Shown here: piece after piece, positions 36,786 through 45,960 of the stretch
Layout of the letters: each line of letters begins with the position of its first letter
How positions within the stretch are numbered: position 1 is the first letter of the stretch
NCBI GenBank assembly: GCA_016186645.1
Contig: JACPLF010000007.1
Span: forward strand, 126,651 to 190,650
Direction: 5' to 3'
DNA length: 64,000 bases
Origin: Candidatus Levyibacteriota bacterium
GTDB taxonomy: Bacteria; Patescibacteriota; Microgenomatia; Levybacterales; UBA12049
The notes under the pieces: generated by a model
What the model saw: only the letters and a program-made list of their open reading frames with translations
Databases searched by the model: none
Told to the model about the DNA's origin: nothing
Program-made: the position numbers and the translations under genes

Positions 36786-39553
36786 TGATAATAAGTAAAA
36801 TTTTAACATTGAACCCTATTAAGACATTACTTCTGGCATTGGCTGCGATGTTTTTATTATTTCTCGTAACAACTTCTGTTTTTTCACAAAGCCCAACAAT
36901 CCAACCAACAACTGCTACAGGACCGTCTCTTAACCTTGCTTTTCCCATAGAAGAATTGGGCGCATGCAAGAGTCTGGAAGAATGTAGCAATTATTGTCAG
37001 GATCCTGTTCACCAAAACAGTTGTACTAATTTTGCAAAGAAAAATGGATTCTATCAGGATGACCAAACAGCCTATGGAGATGATAAATTTTATCAGGATG
37101 TAAAAGAGGAATTAGGATGCGATACGCACGAATCTTGTTTTAACTTTTGTTCAGAGCCTGCGAATTTTGACACATGCGAATCCTATGCCAAAAGAAATGA
37201 AATACCAGGCGGCTATGTCGGAGAACCGGATAAGCCTGAATATTTAACCATTGCTAAGCAAGTTTTAGGTTGTGATTCACCTGTAAGCTGCTCAAATTTC
37301 TGCGATGATCCCGCAAATGCTGATAAATGTTCTAGCTTTGCTGATCAAGTAGGACTTTTAGGCGGAAATACTCAAGAAGGTCCTGGTGGATGTCAGACTC
37401 CCGGCACTTGCGGAGCATATTGTTCTGATCCTGCAAATTATGTGGAATGTTCTAAATTTGCTCCGGGAGGGGGTAATTTTGCAGGACCAGGCGGGTGTAA
37501 TAGTGAAGCAACATGTCGAAGTTATTGCGATCAAAATCCTGCTAATTGCCGAAGTTATGCTCCCGGCTCAAGTGGGGCATATGGGACTTTTAATTGTGTC
37601 GAAGGTCAGACTCATGGACCAGGCGGACTTTGTACCAATGTGAACGTTATGGCTTTGGCTGCTGCCTGCGTTGGAGCTGGTAAATTTTGGGATGGAACTT
37701 CCTGTCAGGATACCGCTCCTGTAGGTATATCTCCAGAACTGCCAAGTGCGCATTTTGAACAAAGACCGGAAATGGGCAATTGCTCAACTCCTGGTCAATG
37801 TTATGATTATTGTAAGGATAATCTTGTGAATGGTGCGAGCGTTTGTCCGGGATTCGATGCTACAGCATCCCGTCCAACCGACAGCTATACACCATATCTA
37901 TATTATACTCCCGGAACTGAGGTTAAATTTGAACCAAAGCCGGAGATGGGTAACTGTGATTCTCCTGGCGCTTGTTATGACTATTGTAAAGAAAATCCCG
38001 ATAAATGCGAAGGATTTGATCCTAAGGCTCCAGTACCAATAGACATTTGGATTCCAAATACTTACTACACTCCTCCTACAGATGGTATCTATTCTACTCC
38101 GCCAACAACCAATTTCTACACAACGCCAATGTACTACACTCCGCCAGTCGGCTCTACTTATACTACTCCTCAATACTACACGCCTGGCACATATTCTACT
38201 CCAAGTTACTATACACCGCCTATAGGATCGAACTATACTACGCCTAACTACTATACTCCTTGGACTAATTATGCGACACCAACCGGAGAGTATCCGACTC
38301 CGACTTATTCAACACCAACTTACTACACTCCTCCTGGTGGATCTAATTACACAACGCCTTACTATTACACTCCCCCTCATTACACAACGCCTTACTATTA
38401 CACTCCCGGCCAAGGTGGCTATGCGTCTAATTACACAACTCCTCCTGCCTATTCAACTCCTCCGCCATATGTAACTCCTCAGTATTACACGCCTTACACC
38501 GGCGGCGGTTATACAACTCCTGTTTACTATACACCGCCTGTTTACACAACCCCAACTTACTACACTCCTCCTGCAGGCTCGAACTACACCAGCCCAAGTT
38601 ATTACACGCCTCCTCCTCCTTATACAACACCAAATTACTATACTCCTGGCACTTACCCAACACCTCCTACTTATACATCTCCTACGGCTTATACGACGCC
38701 TAACTATCCAACTCCTCCATTAGGCAGTAACTATACCTCCCCTAGCTATTATTCGCCAGCAAGCTATCCAACACCAACTTATTACACACCAGGTTTTTAC
38801 CCAACACCTTATTATTACACGCCTTATTCAACACCCTCCTATCACACTCCTCCTGAAGGATCAACCTATACCAGCCCGACTTACTACACACCATATTCAA
38901 CGCCAAATTACTTTACGCCAACGTACTATTCACCTTCTTACTACACGCCTGGCGGAACCTACACAAGTCCTTATTATACTCCTGGAAGCGGTTACACATC
39001 CCCAACCTCAAATTATACAACTCCATCAACTAGCTATACTTCTCCATACTACAGTCCTTACGCAAGTCCATCATATTACACACCCTCAGACCCGAATTAT
39101 ACAACGCCGTCTTATCCAACGCCTTATTCCTATCCTACTCCGGGATCAACAACTTCTTATCCATACCCGACTCCTGGAACAGGATATTCTTACCCAACGC
39201 CAAGCGGCTATTATTACCCAACCCCATCAGACACTAGTTATCCTTCTCCATATACCGGCTATGCTTATCCAACGCCTGGAACTAGTTATTCTTACCCTTC
39301 GCCAACATACGGCACGCCTTCGGGAAGCTATTATTACCCAACACCCGGATCCGGATCTTATGGCACGCCATCATACGGCACCCCTGAATATCACACACCA
39401 AGCTATGGAACACCTTCAGAAAGCTACGGAACACCGAGTTATGGAACGCCATCGTATGGCACTCCTTCTGATTACCCAACCCCTCCCTTGGGAGTTTCCA
39501 CCTTCAATCCCGGATTATTACAGAATATCTGGAGCTTCCTTATCGGCAGATAA
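36785..39553 (+). CDS. Exported 922-aa protein: seven 4-Cys repeats plus about 490-aa Tyr/Thr/Ser/Pro repeat tail
   Basis: Signal-like N-terminus; C-x5-C-x3-C-xn-C modules (e.g. GPGGCNSEATCRSYCDQNPANC); YTTP/YYTP/YPTP/YGTP repeats; amphipathic end LLQNIWSFLIGR. Confidence 0.85.
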   Translation: MIISKILTLNPIKTLLLALAAMFLLFLVTTSVFSQSPTIQPTTATGPSLNLAFPIEELGACKSLEECSNYCQDPVHQNSCTNFAKKNGFYQDDQTAYGDDKFYQDVKEELGCDTHESCFNFCSEPANFDTCESYAKRNEIPGGYVGEPDKPEYLTIAKQVLGCDSPVSCSNFCDDPANADKCSSFADQVGLLGGNTQEGPGGCQTPGTCGAYCSDPANYVECSKFAPGGGNFAGPGGCNSEATCRSYCDQNPANCRSYAPGSSGAYGTFNCVEGQTHGPGGLCTNVNVMALAAACVGAGKFWDGTSCQDTAPVGISPELPSAHFEQRPEMGNCSTPGQCYDYCKDNLVNGASVCPGFDATASRPTDSYTPYLYYTPGTEVKFEPKPEMGNCDSPGACYDYCKENPDKCEGFDPKAPVPIDIWIPNTYYTPPTDGIYSTPPTTNFYTTPMYYTPPVGSTYTTPQYYTPGTYSTPSYYTPPIGSNYTTPNYYTPWTNYATPTGEYPTPTYSTPTYYTPPGGSNYTTPYYYTPPHYTTPYYYTPGQGGYASNYTTPPAYSTPPPYVTPQYYTPYTGGGYTTPVYYTPPVYTTPTYYTPPAGSNYTSPSYYTPPPPYTTPNYYTPGTYPTPPTYTSPTAYTTPNYPTPPLGSNYTSPSYYSPASYPTPTYYTPGFYPTPYYYTPYSTPSYHTPPEGSTYTSPTYYTPYSTPNYFTPTYYSPSYYTPGGTYTSPYYTPGSGYTSPTSNYTTPSTSYTSPYYSPYASPSYYTPSDPNYTTPSYPTPYSYPTPGSTTSYPYPTPGTGYSYPTPSGYYYPTPSDTSYPSPYTGYAYPTPGTSYSYPSPTYGTPSGSYYYPTPGSGSYGTPSYGTPEYHTPSYGTPSESYGTPSYGTPSYGTPSDYPTPPLGVSTFNPGLLQNIWSFLIGR

Positions 39554-39604
39554 ACCGCGGCTATTTTTAAACTTTCCTCTGCCTAATTTAGTATAATTAT
39601 AAAT

Positions 39605-42115
39605 ATGTTCAAATTCTTCGCGTTACTCTTATTTCTCATTTTTCATTTTCCTGCCTCGCCGCCAGGCGGGTCTTTTTTCATTTCTCCTGTTTCTGCTCAT
39701 TCAGAAGTTGCGGTTATAGAAATGGTGCCTTATGGCTTTGTTCCTTCTGAAACAACTATTGATGTAAATTCAAGTGTAATTTTCATCAATAAAGATAGTC
39801 AACCAAGATGGCCTGCCAGCAATGTCCATCCGACTCATAATATATATCCCGAATTTGATCCAAAAAAACCAATTGAGCCCGGAGAATCATGGGCATTCAA
39901 GCCTAAAAGAATAGGAGAATGGAAATTTCACGATCATAATTTCCCCCATATGAGAGGAGTTTTAACTGTCGTTGATGAAGAAGGTTTTACTTCAGAGGAA
40001 AAAATAGAGTCCCCTTCTTTTGTTACTAAGTTTAAAAATGCAATTAACAATTTCTTTAATCAGATTAAAAACTTATTCGCTAAAAAAGCATTAAATCAAC
40101 AGGTACAATTACCTGATAAAGAAGGGTTCAAAAAACTATCTTATGATGCTCAATCTAAAATACTAGAAAAAATTGCGAGAAACAATGGTGCTTCAAAAGC
40201 TTGGGAATATGTGAAAGATGTTTTCAAAGGAGAAGGAGGATCTTCCGGCAACATTCATGATTTGGCGCATTTATCAGGTCTTTTGATATATGAAAAGAAT
40301 GGCTTTGAAGGAATTAAAGACTGCACTAGTAATTTTGCTTTTGGCTGTTATCATGGTTTTTTAGATACTGCTTTTGCCAAAAATTTGGACCATCTTTTGG
40401 ATGCAGAGAATGCTTGTTTGAAATTAGGCCCTACTAATTCCGGACCTGTTGCAAGCTGCATACACGGAATTGGACATGGAGTTGCTTCTTTTTATTCAAC
40501 GCAGGATTTGGAAAAATCTCTTGTTACCTGCAGGAAATTAAACCAAGGCAATGAATACTGTTTTGATGGAGTATTTATGGAATTTGTCCGCTCCGCGCCC
40601 GATTCATTTTTTAAAAGTAACGATCCCTACTACCCTTGCAACAGCTTGGAGGAAAAATATGGATATTCTTATTCATCTGCCTGCGGAAGAAATCAATCTT
40701 CCCTTTTAATGAGTAGATTTAATATGGGATTTGACGAAGTGGTTGGAATTTGTCTTTCTTCAACATCAAAACCTTTTAAAGAAAGTTGTTTCGACGCTCT
40801 AGGATTTTCTCTTGCTTCTTCTGGAGATGTTAACCAAATAATAGTAGGGTGTCAAAAGATGCAGATATCTGAATATATTAATAAGTGCGCAAAAGCTGCC
40901 GCAGGAGAGTTAGTTTTTCAGGAAATACCCGGATGGCCGGAAAAATCAAAAGAAGTTTGTAATGCATTTGAAAAAAGCGAAGAGTGTTTGCAAAACGTAG
41001 ATAGACTTATTAAGGAATATAACCTTCAAGTCCAAATCAACTTTACCCCAAAAGAACTCAATGAAGATATTAATTTATATGTAAGAAGCCAGATGAAAAA
41101 ATGTTATGAAACGGATGGCAGGGACGGATGCTACAAAGCCGTTGCTGACATATTGTATAGTCAGTTTGGTTTAGCCAAAACTCTTAATGTTTTTAAAGAA
41201 AACGAAGGATATGTAGAAATTTATGCAAGATGTCATGAGACAACTCATTATCTTTCCCGGCTGGAATATGAGAAGCAAAAGAGTATTGCCAAAGTTTATG
41301 CTCAATGTGATTCAACATGTCATGGAGGATGTTACCACGGAACACTTGAGGCATATCTTAAAGAAAAGACAAATGAGACTGGATTTAATCTAGTGAGTCG
41401 ATTTGCTAAAGTTTGCGGAAAACAAAGCGATTATCAGAAGCCTATCGAGTTTAATGAATGTCTTCATGGCATGGGACACGCAGCAATGTTTGTCACAGAT
41501 ATGGAACTTAAACAATCTTTAAAGCTTTGCGATACTATTGCTGATCAAGCGCATAAAGAAAGATGTTATACCGGAGTATTTATGGAAAATTCCTCATCCT
41601 CTACTTCTTTTGATCATGCAAGTATATACATTAAAAAAGATGATCCATTTTATCCATGCAATTCTTTAGAGGAAAAATATTTATCTTTGTGCTGGCAGTA
41701 TCAAAGTTCGTATTTTTCCATTATCAGTCACCAGGATTGGAAAAAAGTAGCAAGTCTTTGCCTGCAAATTCCTAATCAGTATCAAGATCGATGCTTTAGG
41801 ACTATCGGAACAAACCAAGTTGGTTTTACTCAATCTTTAGAAACCATGAAAAAAGATTGTGATCTTATGCCCTCTGAAAATTTTAAAGACATTTGTATTG
41901 CAGGCGTTGTTTCCTCTCTTTCCTATCGTTTTGTCGGAGACATGCGAAAAATGATTGACTTTTGCTCTCTTGTCTCTTCACAAAATAGAGAAAGCTGTTA
42001 CAAACAAATTGGTAATGGAGTTTCTGATTGGGATAGCAACAAAGATGTGGCAAAAAACCAATGTCAAAAAATTCCCGACCCCCAAGGCCAATCTTGGTGC
42101 CTGAGCGCAATATGA
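39605..42115 (+). CDS. Exported protein: cupredoxin-like domain plus two Cys/His-motif domains
   Basis: Signal peptide ending VSA-H; WPASNVHPTH...WKFHDHNFPHMRG; two copies of HxxxH, GCYHG, CxHGxGH, CxxGVFME, DPxYPC. Confidence 0.8.
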   Translation: MFKFFALLLFLIFHFPASPPGGSFFISPVSAHSEVAVIEMVPYGFVPSETTIDVNSSVIFINKDSQPRWPASNVHPTHNIYPEFDPKKPIEPGESWAFKPKRIGEWKFHDHNFPHMRGVLTVVDEEGFTSEEKIESPSFVTKFKNAINNFFNQIKNLFAKKALNQQVQLPDKEGFKKLSYDAQSKILEKIARNNGASKAWEYVKDVFKGEGGSSGNIHDLAHLSGLLIYEKNGFEGIKDCTSNFAFGCYHGFLDTAFAKNLDHLLDAENACLKLGPTNSGPVASCIHGIGHGVASFYSTQDLEKSLVTCRKLNQGNEYCFDGVFMEFVRSAPDSFFKSNDPYYPCNSLEEKYGYSYSSACGRNQSSLLMSRFNMGFDEVVGICLSSTSKPFKESCFDALGFSLASSGDVNQIIVGCQKMQISEYINKCAKAAAGELVFQEIPGWPEKSKEVCNAFEKSEECLQNVDRLIKEYNLQVQINFTPKELNEDINLYVRSQMKKCYETDGRDGCYKAVADILYSQFGLAKTLNVFKENEGYVEIYARCHETTHYLSRLEYEKQKSIAKVYAQCDSTCHGGCYHGTLEAYLKEKTNETGFNLVSRFAKVCGKQSDYQKPIEFNECLHGMGHAAMFVTDMELKQSLKLCDTIADQAHKERCYTGVFMENSSSSTSFDHASIYIKKDDPFYPCNSLEEKYLSLCWQYQSSYFSIISHQDWKKVASLCLQIPNQYQDRCFRTIGTNQVGFTQSLETMKKDCDLMPSENFKDICIAGVVSSLSYRFVGDMRKMIDFCSLVSSQNRESCYKQIGNGVSDWDSNKDVAKNQCQKIPDPQGQSWCLSAI
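39650..39670. repeat. 21-bp cctgcc...ggcggg hairpin in frame in a signal peptide
   Basis: cctgcct-cgccgcc-aggcggg; encodes PASPPGG interrupting the hydrophobic core. Confidence 0.6.
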
Positions 42116-42145
42116 CTCCTTGCAACCCTAATAAGATGCACGTGA

Positions 42146-42418
42146 CTATTTAAATTGAACCTGGAGAGTAACATCCAAAGCGGCTGCTAGTCTTTTGAGC
42201 AAAGAAATAGAAGGGCTTGTATTGCCTTGCTCAACCCTGGAAATAACTGATTGAGTAGTATTCATTTTTTTAGCCAACTCTTTTTGAGTTATTTTATTTT
42301 TAATTCTGGCACGGATAATAGCCTTAGCAATTTCAAACTCAGGTTGAGATTCCTCGTAGAGCTTTTTAAACTCAGAGTCTTTTAGCATTTCTTTTTTTAG
42401 CACACTCCAGTCTTTCAT
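42146..42418 (-). CDS. HigA-like XRE HTH antitoxin
   Basis: ITQKELAKKMNTTQSVISRVEQG..SPSISLLKRLAAAL; ATG 42418 preferred. Confidence 0.88.
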   Translation of the reverse strand: MKDWSVLKKEMLKDSEFKKLYEESQPEFEIAKAIIRARIKNKITQKELAKKMNTTQSVISRVEQGNTSPSISLLKRLAAALDVTLQVQFK

Positions 42419-42424
42419 AGATGT

Positions 42425-42454
42425 ATTGTATCGCAAATTTGCGATATCTGTCAA
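42425..42454 (-). promoter_or_regulatory. Internal antitoxin promoter with 18-bp perfect palindromic operator
   Basis: Minus strand TTGACA (42454-42449), 18 bp, TACAAT (42430-42425); tatcgcaaatttgcgata at 42429-42446. Confidence 0.75.
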
Positions 42455-42810
42455 CTCCCCAATTTTCTTGATTGGTATTCCTTTAGTCTCTCCTCAGCTA
42501 TTTTTATCTCTTTCGGAGGAGTCTTTTGTTTTTTCTTTTTAAACCCATGTAGTAGTAGGAATATTTTCCCAGTTATGGTGATATAGAAAATTCTGATGCT
42601 ATCTGTTCCCAATATACGAAGTTCCCAAAGCGAGGTACCAACCAGTTTTTTAACATGAGGATATGCTCCTTCCAATCCAAATTCCTCTAAGAGATCAAGA
42701 GTTCTGGAAACCTTTAACCGTGTCTTCTTTTCTAAGGATTTAATAAATTCCTCAACTGGTATGTCGCCCCTGAGAGATTCATAAGCCTTAACTTTCCATT
42801 TATCATCCAT
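42451..42810 (-). CDS. RelE/HigB-like (Gp49-type) toxin
   Basis: PVEEFI, PHVKKL..LWELR..IRIFY..LLLHGFKKKKQKTPPKEI; toxin-first order. Confidence 0.88.
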   Translation of the reverse strand: MDDKWKVKAYESLRGDIPVEEFIKSLEKKTRLKVSRTLDLLEEFGLEGAYPHVKKLVGTSLWELRILGTDSIRIFYITITGKIFLLLHGFKKKKQKTPPKEIKIAEERLKEYQSRKLGS

Positions 42811-42910
42811 AAAAACAGTTTAGCATAAAAGAAATGGCTTCAAAAAGCGGAACTAAAAGCACCCTCTGCACCCCTAAATCTTCTCCCTCCAAAAACTCTA
42901 AATGTTAAAA

Positions 42911-43846
42911 TTAGTGGATTAGAAATTCATCAAGATATTTGTTCAATTCTTCATTAGGTTGCGAAAAAATGCCTACTAAATCTTCATCAAATATTTTCTG
43001 TAAAGATCTTCTAGCAATATCTTCTGCATCTCGTATTATTTCATTTGCACTCAAAGGATTACTCAAGACTCTTCTAGGAAGACTCGCTCCATGAACTGCA
43101 GATGATCTCAGCTCGTAAATAGTCTTAATCTTCTGAATTATAGATTTTTTTTCCGTTATACTCTGGCCAAGAAAAGCGGCACACCGCATTCTTAATGAAT
43201 ATCCTACTTCTGATTCCGAGGTATTAAATAGAGATTCCAGGGTAATTGCAAAAGGAACAGTTCTGAGTTTTGCATAATGAGTTAAATACCCTAGCTGAAA
43301 AAAATTAAAAGCATTAAGAACTCGATTGTATGAACCCTGATATTTTGCAAATAATTCTGACACACAATAGTAATATCTCTGAATTTTCTTTTCTTCCCCA
43401 GCCTGAAAATGTGATGATCCAAGAGGCTCACCATAGATCAAAAAAATTGCATTTGTTTTCTGACTTGCACCTTCGGGACTCAGATTTCCATTATGATCTA
43501 AACTAAATAAGAATGTTGAACTTGCTGCTCTAGTTGGACGCACAACACGTAAGCTTTCAATTATATGGTGAATTTTCTTCTGAGCTTTATCTGAATCTTC
43601 TACAGATGAATCGAATTCATATACGGCATAAAATCTACAATTTTTTAACTCATCTATCTCATATTTAGCATAAATGTCTTGAAATGAGTCAACTATTATT
43701 GCGATTAAGTCGTTTAGTTTGTCATCTTTTCTCCTCAAGCTCAATGCATCCTCTAATTTTATTTCATCAGGAAGACGATCCCTTGGATCATCATAAAAGA
43801 AGTGTATCGGGGCAATAATTCTAAGTTTGCTCATATTTTCAAACAA
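42911..43846 (-). CDS. ApeA-like HEPN domain protein
   Basis: LESLF...LRMRCAAFLG...IYELRSSAVHG (Rx4H HEPN motif). Confidence 0.75.
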   Translation of the reverse strand: MFENMSKLRIIAPIHFFYDDPRDRLPDEIKLEDALSLRRKDDKLNDLIAIIVDSFQDIYAKYEIDELKNCRFYAVYEFDSSVEDSDKAQKKIHHIIESLRVVRPTRAASSTFLFSLDHNGNLSPEGASQKTNAIFLIYGEPLGSSHFQAGEEKKIQRYYYCVSELFAKYQGSYNRVLNAFNFFQLGYLTHYAKLRTVPFAITLESLFNTSESEVGYSLRMRCAAFLGQSITEKKSIIQKIKTIYELRSSAVHGASLPRRVLSNPLSANEIIRDAEDIARRSLQKIFDEDLVGIFSQPNEELNKYLDEFLIH

Positions 43847-43935
43847 ATTTTAGGACTATTTAATATCATCCCATCTATCAAGATACTTATTTAAAATTAC
43901 ATCTTTGAAAGTAATGGAATCTTTCATACCTTTGA

Positions 43936-44133
43936 TTAATTTGATGACTTTTTGAAGGATTTAAGTGATTTATCCCGCTGATTAGTTGAATTCTTTGATA
44001 AATCTATGGCTTTTGTCTGCAGTGGACTCGAAAGCGTAATTATTCCATTACTTTGTTTACCTCTTGCCACTTCGATTTTCTTACCACCACCAAAATGAAT
44101 GGTCAAATTCTTAATGAGGCTAAACTCAAACAC
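43936..44133 (-). CDS. Hypothetical protein (65 aa)
   Basis: ORF overlapping the upstream wHTH gene by 8 bp. Confidence 0.4.
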   Translation of the reverse strand: MFEFSLIKNLTIHFGGGKKIEVARGKQSNGIITLSSPLQTKAIDLSKNSTNQRDKSLKSFKKSSN

Positions 44134-44446
44134 TTATTGTACCTCCTGCTATAGTTGTAAGCATATGTAGGAATGTTTTTGAATCTTCTCGGTGTGCTTG
44201 TCTCAAATCTGGATCTATTAGTTCCCAATTAAACTGTCTTCCATCTCTCCCGAATGGTTGAATAATTCCATTTCTTTCCAAAGCAGAGACAGTTCCTCCT
44301 AATGCATTTCCCTGTAAACCTGAAGCTGTAGATATATAAGTTCCTGGGACCACAAAATTTGCATAGGGGACAGACACCATAGCTTGTATCACCTTTGCCT
44401 GATTTTGTGTTAATTTTCTCACTTTTAGTTCTGCCATTGTTCCCAT
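44126..44446 (-). CDS. Winged-helix-like small protein
   Basis: KLTQNQAKVIQAM...ISTASGLQGNALGGTVSALERNGII; preceded by TTGCAA-17-TATAAT (44483-44455). Confidence 0.6.
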   Translation of the reverse strand: MGTMAELKVRKLTQNQAKVIQAMVSVPYANFVVPGTYISTASGLQGNALGGTVSALERNGIIQPFGRDGRQFNWELIDPDLRQAHREDSKTFLHMLTTIAGGTISV

Positions 44447-44750
44447 ATATTCTAATTATACCACACTACGCCAACTATTGCAAGTATCATTTGAAAGTAG
44501 AGCATTACGACTACTTTAAAAGCAAATTTTACCAACTTCTCTCAGGACAAGTCTTTTTTGTGGGGAATTTCCAGATTTAAAAAATTTTACCATTTACGAA
44601 GCTCAATTTAAATAATTCTTCCTTGCTCGCCAGCCAAGCGGGACGATTTCCGCTATCCTCTCACACTTCCTTTTTTATTTGGGGTTTCAAACGTTTTCGC
44701 ATCATCATTGTGAGGTTTTAAGTCGCTCCATAATTTGCCTATTTTTATCT

Positions 44751-45524
44751 TTACCCTTCGATTGGGTTTAGTGTCAGGCAGCCGGGAACTGAGTAAGATG
44801 ATTCATTGTAAATAGTTTTTCCTTTATAATTATTCCATGCTCTATAAAAAGCCCGAAGTTTTGCATAAATATCTTCCTTAATTGATGGATCCAAATACAA
44901 AAATGGACAGACATGATATGGCGTGTTACCACCTTTTAAAATTCCGATTTCAACTACACCAAATCCGGCCGGCGCATTATTACCAAAATTACCTACTTCT
45001 GCTATAATTTGGCCTGCCTGCACCTTATCTCCTACTTTAACTTTTGGATTTCTAACATGTTCTGTCTCATAAATCCATTTTTCCATTTTGCCATTGGCAG
45101 TTACCTGAATAGAATAATCCCCACTCCAAAGCGTTGGAATAGCAATTACTATTCCATCCACCAAAGAACGTGCAGGCGTTCCTAAGGGTACAATAAAAGT
45201 AGGCTGAGGATTGGATTTATCACCACCCGCACTGCTAGCCGGAATTACAAAACCATAATTCATAAATAAACTATCAAACTCAAGTCTTTCTTTTGTAAAA
45301 ACGAAATCTCCTGCTTTATTTGTTTTCGGATCATAATAATCAAGATTTACACCAATACTTTTTAAAAGAAGAGGGGGCAAATCATCTGTTGCTCTGGAAA
45401 CAGATTTTTGAGTTGATTGATTTTTGCTATTTGTCAGTAAGAATCCAACAATTGCAAGAGTAATCCCAAAAGAAACAATTACAAAACCAATAGAAAAAGT
45501 TTTCAGCCAAGAATTATCTTTCAT
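44751..45524 (-). CDS. Membrane-anchored M23-peptidase-like protein
   Basis: GTPARSLVDGIV, YETEHV..VKVGDKVQAGQIIA; metal ligands look degenerate. Confidence 0.7.
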   Translation of the reverse strand: MKDNSWLKTFSIGFVIVSFGITLAIVGFLLTNSKNQSTQKSVSRATDDLPPLLLKSIGVNLDYYDPKTNKAGDFVFTKERLEFDSLFMNYGFVIPASSAGGDKSNPQPTFIVPLGTPARSLVDGIVIAIPTLWSGDYSIQVTANGKMEKWIYETEHVRNPKVKVGDKVQAGQIIAEVGNFGNNAPAGFGVVEIGILKGGNTPYHVCPFLYLDPSIKEDIYAKLRAFYRAWNNYKGKTIYNESSYSVPGCLTLNPIEG

Positions 45525-45547
45525 ATTAAAACATTTTCCCGCTTATC

Positions 45548-45745
45548 TTACTTTGAAAATTTGAAAGCGCTGTATGCTAAAAAACCGCCCAAGGCTACTC
45601 CTACGAAACTTAGCCAAACAGGCAGCTGCCAACCTCCCAAAATTACGTCCCAACCAAGAATAAGTCTCAAAACATGAAGAATAGTAACTACGGAAAAAAT
45701 AATCCCCGTTACCTTTATATACGCTTCTTGCTTCATTTTCTTCAC
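45548..45745 (-). CDS. Small two-TM membrane protein
   Basis: IFSVVTILHVLRLILGW..PVWLS; GGAGG upstream of a GTG start. Confidence 0.65.
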   Translation of the reverse strand: MKKMKQEAYIKVTGIIFSVVTILHVLRLILGWDVILGGWQLPVWLSFVGVALGGFLAYSAFKFSK

Positions 45746-45863
45746 CTCCTCCCTCTTACAAAACCACAGGATAATTATATCAAAAGCTAGATTTATAAGT
45801 GTTTTAATGATAAAATTATAGCCAGAAATTAATTTTTAACTTTTAATTTTTAATTTCGTTTAT

Positions 45864-45938
45864 TCCTCTGTAGCTCAATGGTAGAGCGGCGCCCTGTTAA
45901 GGCGAAGGTTAGAGGTCCGAGTCCTCTCGGGGGAGCCA
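45864..45938 (+). tRNA. tRNA-Asn (GTT)
   Basis: Acceptor TCCTCTG/CGGGGGA, D arm GCTC-AATGGTA-GAGC, anticodon loop CTGTTAA, T arm AGAGG-TCCGAGT-CCTCT, discriminator G and encoded CCA. Confidence 0.93.
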
Positions 45939-45960
45939 AGGTTGTCTCTCAACTCCGCCC

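Noticed and set aside
38050-39490. Repetitive DNA as a CRISPR array, or the protein tail as an RNA polymerase II CTD homologue
   Set aside because: No fixed repeat-spacer pattern and no cas genes; repeats are codon-degenerate. The unit is 4-6 residues rather than YSPTSPS and the protein is exported, so the resemblance is compositional.
42146-45960. Integrated element using tRNA-Asn as attachment site
   Set aside because: No integrase and no duplicated tRNA 3' end seen; the island lies on the 5' side of the tRNA.
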